Assembly (NCBI GenBank): GCA_000708835.1
Contig: DF236956.1
Span: forward strand, 419,354-483,353
Direction: 5' to 3'
DNA from: Klebsormidium nitens
Taxonomy: Eukaryota; Plantae; Klebsormidiophyceae
Length of the DNA: 64,000 nt
Positions 61,701-64,000 of this stretch are shown here, one piece after another; position 1 is the stretch's first letter; the number at the start of each line of letters is the position of its first letter. A program made the translations under genes and the position numbers. The notes under the pieces are model-generated. The model saw only the letters and a program-made list of their open reading frames with translations. It had not been told where the DNA came from and did not search any database.

Positions 61701-61984
61701 CGCAGTGGGCACGAACGGACCTCTCTCCTGCCTAGCATCGCTACCATTTCTTTGCATAGCTCAGTACGATTCCGCGAGGGGCTGGTAGGACTAATTTTAC
61801 CCCTTCCTGCTCGGGATCCGTTGATGAAAGTATGTTAAGAATTTTCTTGATGCAGATCGCGCCGCGAGCTGGCACAGCTCTTCTTCACATCCACGGCAAT
61901 CGTTGCATGGGGCATGAAGCGCGCGCAGTTACTGCAGGGACGAAGTTTGTCCTAAGAAGCGATGTCGTCTTCTCCGAGTCTTAA
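58753..61984 (+). CDS. 2-oxoglutarate/Fe(II)-dependent dioxygenase (prolyl-4-hydroxylase-like fold)
   Basis: Exons 58753-58825, 59178-59230, 59515-59620, 60222-60349, 60696-60788, 61250-61408, 61856-61984 (phase-consistent). Motifs GEAFRDN, GLDPHIRFY, H-x-D (HID), YTLLVYL, GGETAFY, distal His (HEA), KFVLRSDVVF. Confidence 0.9.
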
Positions 61985-64000
61985 AAACCCGGGTTGCGTC
62001 GAGGGTGGCTAGCGAGGGCCTTCGATTGCCTAGTCCTAAACGGACGGCATCACCTTTGGCATGTCAATGCGTAGGTAGGAGCGAATTTCGCGTCAGGGTT
62101 GCGTCAAGTCTACACTTTGTCAACTATAAACAAGAAATGCAGGGCATATGGCATCCTGACAGCTTGCAGTGGCACGAAGCATAAGGGTCATAGTACGTCA
62201 GGAACAAGGACATTTTGAAGTTGTTGACGTCTTTTAAACATATGTGAGATCTGGCGGTACACAACACGGCACTACACTACTTTCGGGAACCGATGCTTCT
62301 CAAGTTAAGTCGGAATTGGAGAATCAAAGAACCGATTTGACTAGTGAGTCATGCATATAGTACAGCCCTGTTTTCTGCTGCCAGCGCTTTCGTTTCTCTA
62401 GATCTATGGATCGAATTCTGTTGGAAACCCCGGTTCCATTCTATTAAAGCTCCCAGCCTGCCGTGTGTCTTGTCTGAGAGAGTTTCGAGAACTTATATTC
62501 TTGGAGGCTACCGTTTACGGTTTAGAAGCCAGTGGCACGCTGGGCTTTCGTAATTTCAAATCTTCAAAATTCATGCTGCCACAAAACCTAGAAGAGCCTT
62601 GCCAATTTCGATCAACCCTAGGAAGTGGTTCCACTTAAAAAGGAACTTGTGCACATACCGTCATACGCGGTGCACGGATCCCCAGCATCATTCACAAAGA
62701 AGCTTCAAACATGCTTTCAAACGTTGAGTGCTAATTGAATTCAATTTGAGGCAATGAGTTTGAGCGTCGACGGCCGTCTAGTAAATGACGTCACTGGTGT
62801 CCCGTCGTTGCGATGCGTACGACGGTTGCTTTGTGCGGAACGCAAAACGTCCCCCTATAGGCTTTACTGAAGCGGAGGCACACCAATGTGCGCGCACACC
62901 CCGCGCAGGCCATTTGATTTAGTTAGTTCTTGAAACATTTTGCCATCGGACGATGTACGAGCACGCAGTGTGTTTTGCTCACTAAATTTGGGCCGTCGGA
63001 TAATCGAAAAGAGAAACTTACCGAATTTACACTGCGTACATGTTGGATTTGCTTTTTATTTTTTTGACACTAATCTTCTAGCGCTATGCCTTCCACTCTT
63101 TCCGATGCCTAAGCATCGTACTCGAGTGTCAGGACATAGATGCGCAGAAATAAAAATAAAAGGTCGCTGGTGAGGCTTTCTTAGCCTTTTGCTAGCTTTC
63201 GACGGCGGTCTCCTGGTCAAGGTATTGCAACCGTCCGGAGCACAGGCGGAACGCCGAATCTGCGTTTAGACTCTTCTGATAGCGCATTGGCTCCAGGATT
63301 TTCGGGGACCGAAAGTCGCGATCGTTTCATCGGACGGTTCGAATAATATCATAGAATTATGTGTGACGTCAAGCTGACGAGAGTTCAACAATGGCTGCCA
63401 AGCTTCACGAGCTTCCTTGTTGGACCTAGGGTGGTCTGTGCTGCGGCGCTTCTCATCCTGCTCATCGTTCAAGCCAAAGAAGCTTTGTATCTCATAGTGA
63501 ATTCATGTATCCAGCTGCTTCAAGTTTTTACAGGACCAGAGATGCTCATTTGACCCTTGTCCCAAGACGGCGAAGTGTATCGTATGGTTTCGGGACCCTC
63601 GAGGACCTCATCAAATCTGCTTGCAGCAAGCCTTCTGCAAGGCTGTAGAGGGATGAAAAGCACTTTCAAAACCTTACAACAGCTGAGAAAGAAGAAAGGA
63701 GAAGTGCAATGCCGCAAGAAGTTGAGCTTCCAGCTCCACAATGGGTGTAGGAGCTAGCTTCAAGGCAGCCATGGCGGGACTAGCGCCTGTGATTTGAGCT
63801 GGAGAGGCTTTGTCCCTGTCCTGGACGGCTGTCCAGTCTGACGATGGTATGCAGATTGGGATTAGACCTCTTCCTCCTCGATGTTCTTGATTGGATCGAG
63901 CGGTCAAAAGATGAAGAAGTTTGATCGGACGGTTCCGCTATGGTTTTCGCGGAATCCTCAGGCAAATCGAGATTCGGCTACCCACCTGGCAAGGCGTTTA

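Noticed and set aside
63266-64000. Short minus-strand ORFs at the right edge
   Set aside because: Could be the 3' end of a gene outside the window, but no consistent spliced frame or motif was found.

Overview
Eukaryotic, intron-rich, GC-rich genomic DNA with GT-AG introns. The gene set and style suggest a streptophyte green alga such as Klebsormidium (inference). Host genes rebuilt by hand from splice sites and reading-frame phase: a calponin-homology/coiled-coil gene (minus strand, runs off the left end), a TRFL-type telomere-repeat-binding Myb protein with a long Q/G/Y-rich tail, a membrane-anchored SAM methyltransferase, a DUF1444-like/MYND-finger fusion, plastid phosphoglucan water dikinase (PWD/GWD3), a broken LRR receptor kinase, PEX7 and a 2OG-Fe(II) oxygenase. 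Mobile DNA: one very young 6.7 kb tyrosine-recombinase retrotransposon (DIRS order, PAT-like) with split direct repeats, and two PIF/Harbinger-like MITEs. Three unusual signals stand out. (1) At least 13 exon boundaries in 5 different genes sit in local tandem duplications of about 85-205 bp that span the splice site, leaving decayed copies of acceptor plus exon start upstream or exon end plus donor downstream, with up to 7 copies in PWD. (2) In the retrotransposon, one consensus phase-1 donor inside gag matches two phase-1 acceptors in front of RT and of the recombinase, suggesting three proteins from one alternatively spliced 5' exon. (3) Its terminal repeats are a contiguous string of 8 hairpins. 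All of this was read by eye; none was confirmed by alignment, database search or RNA data.
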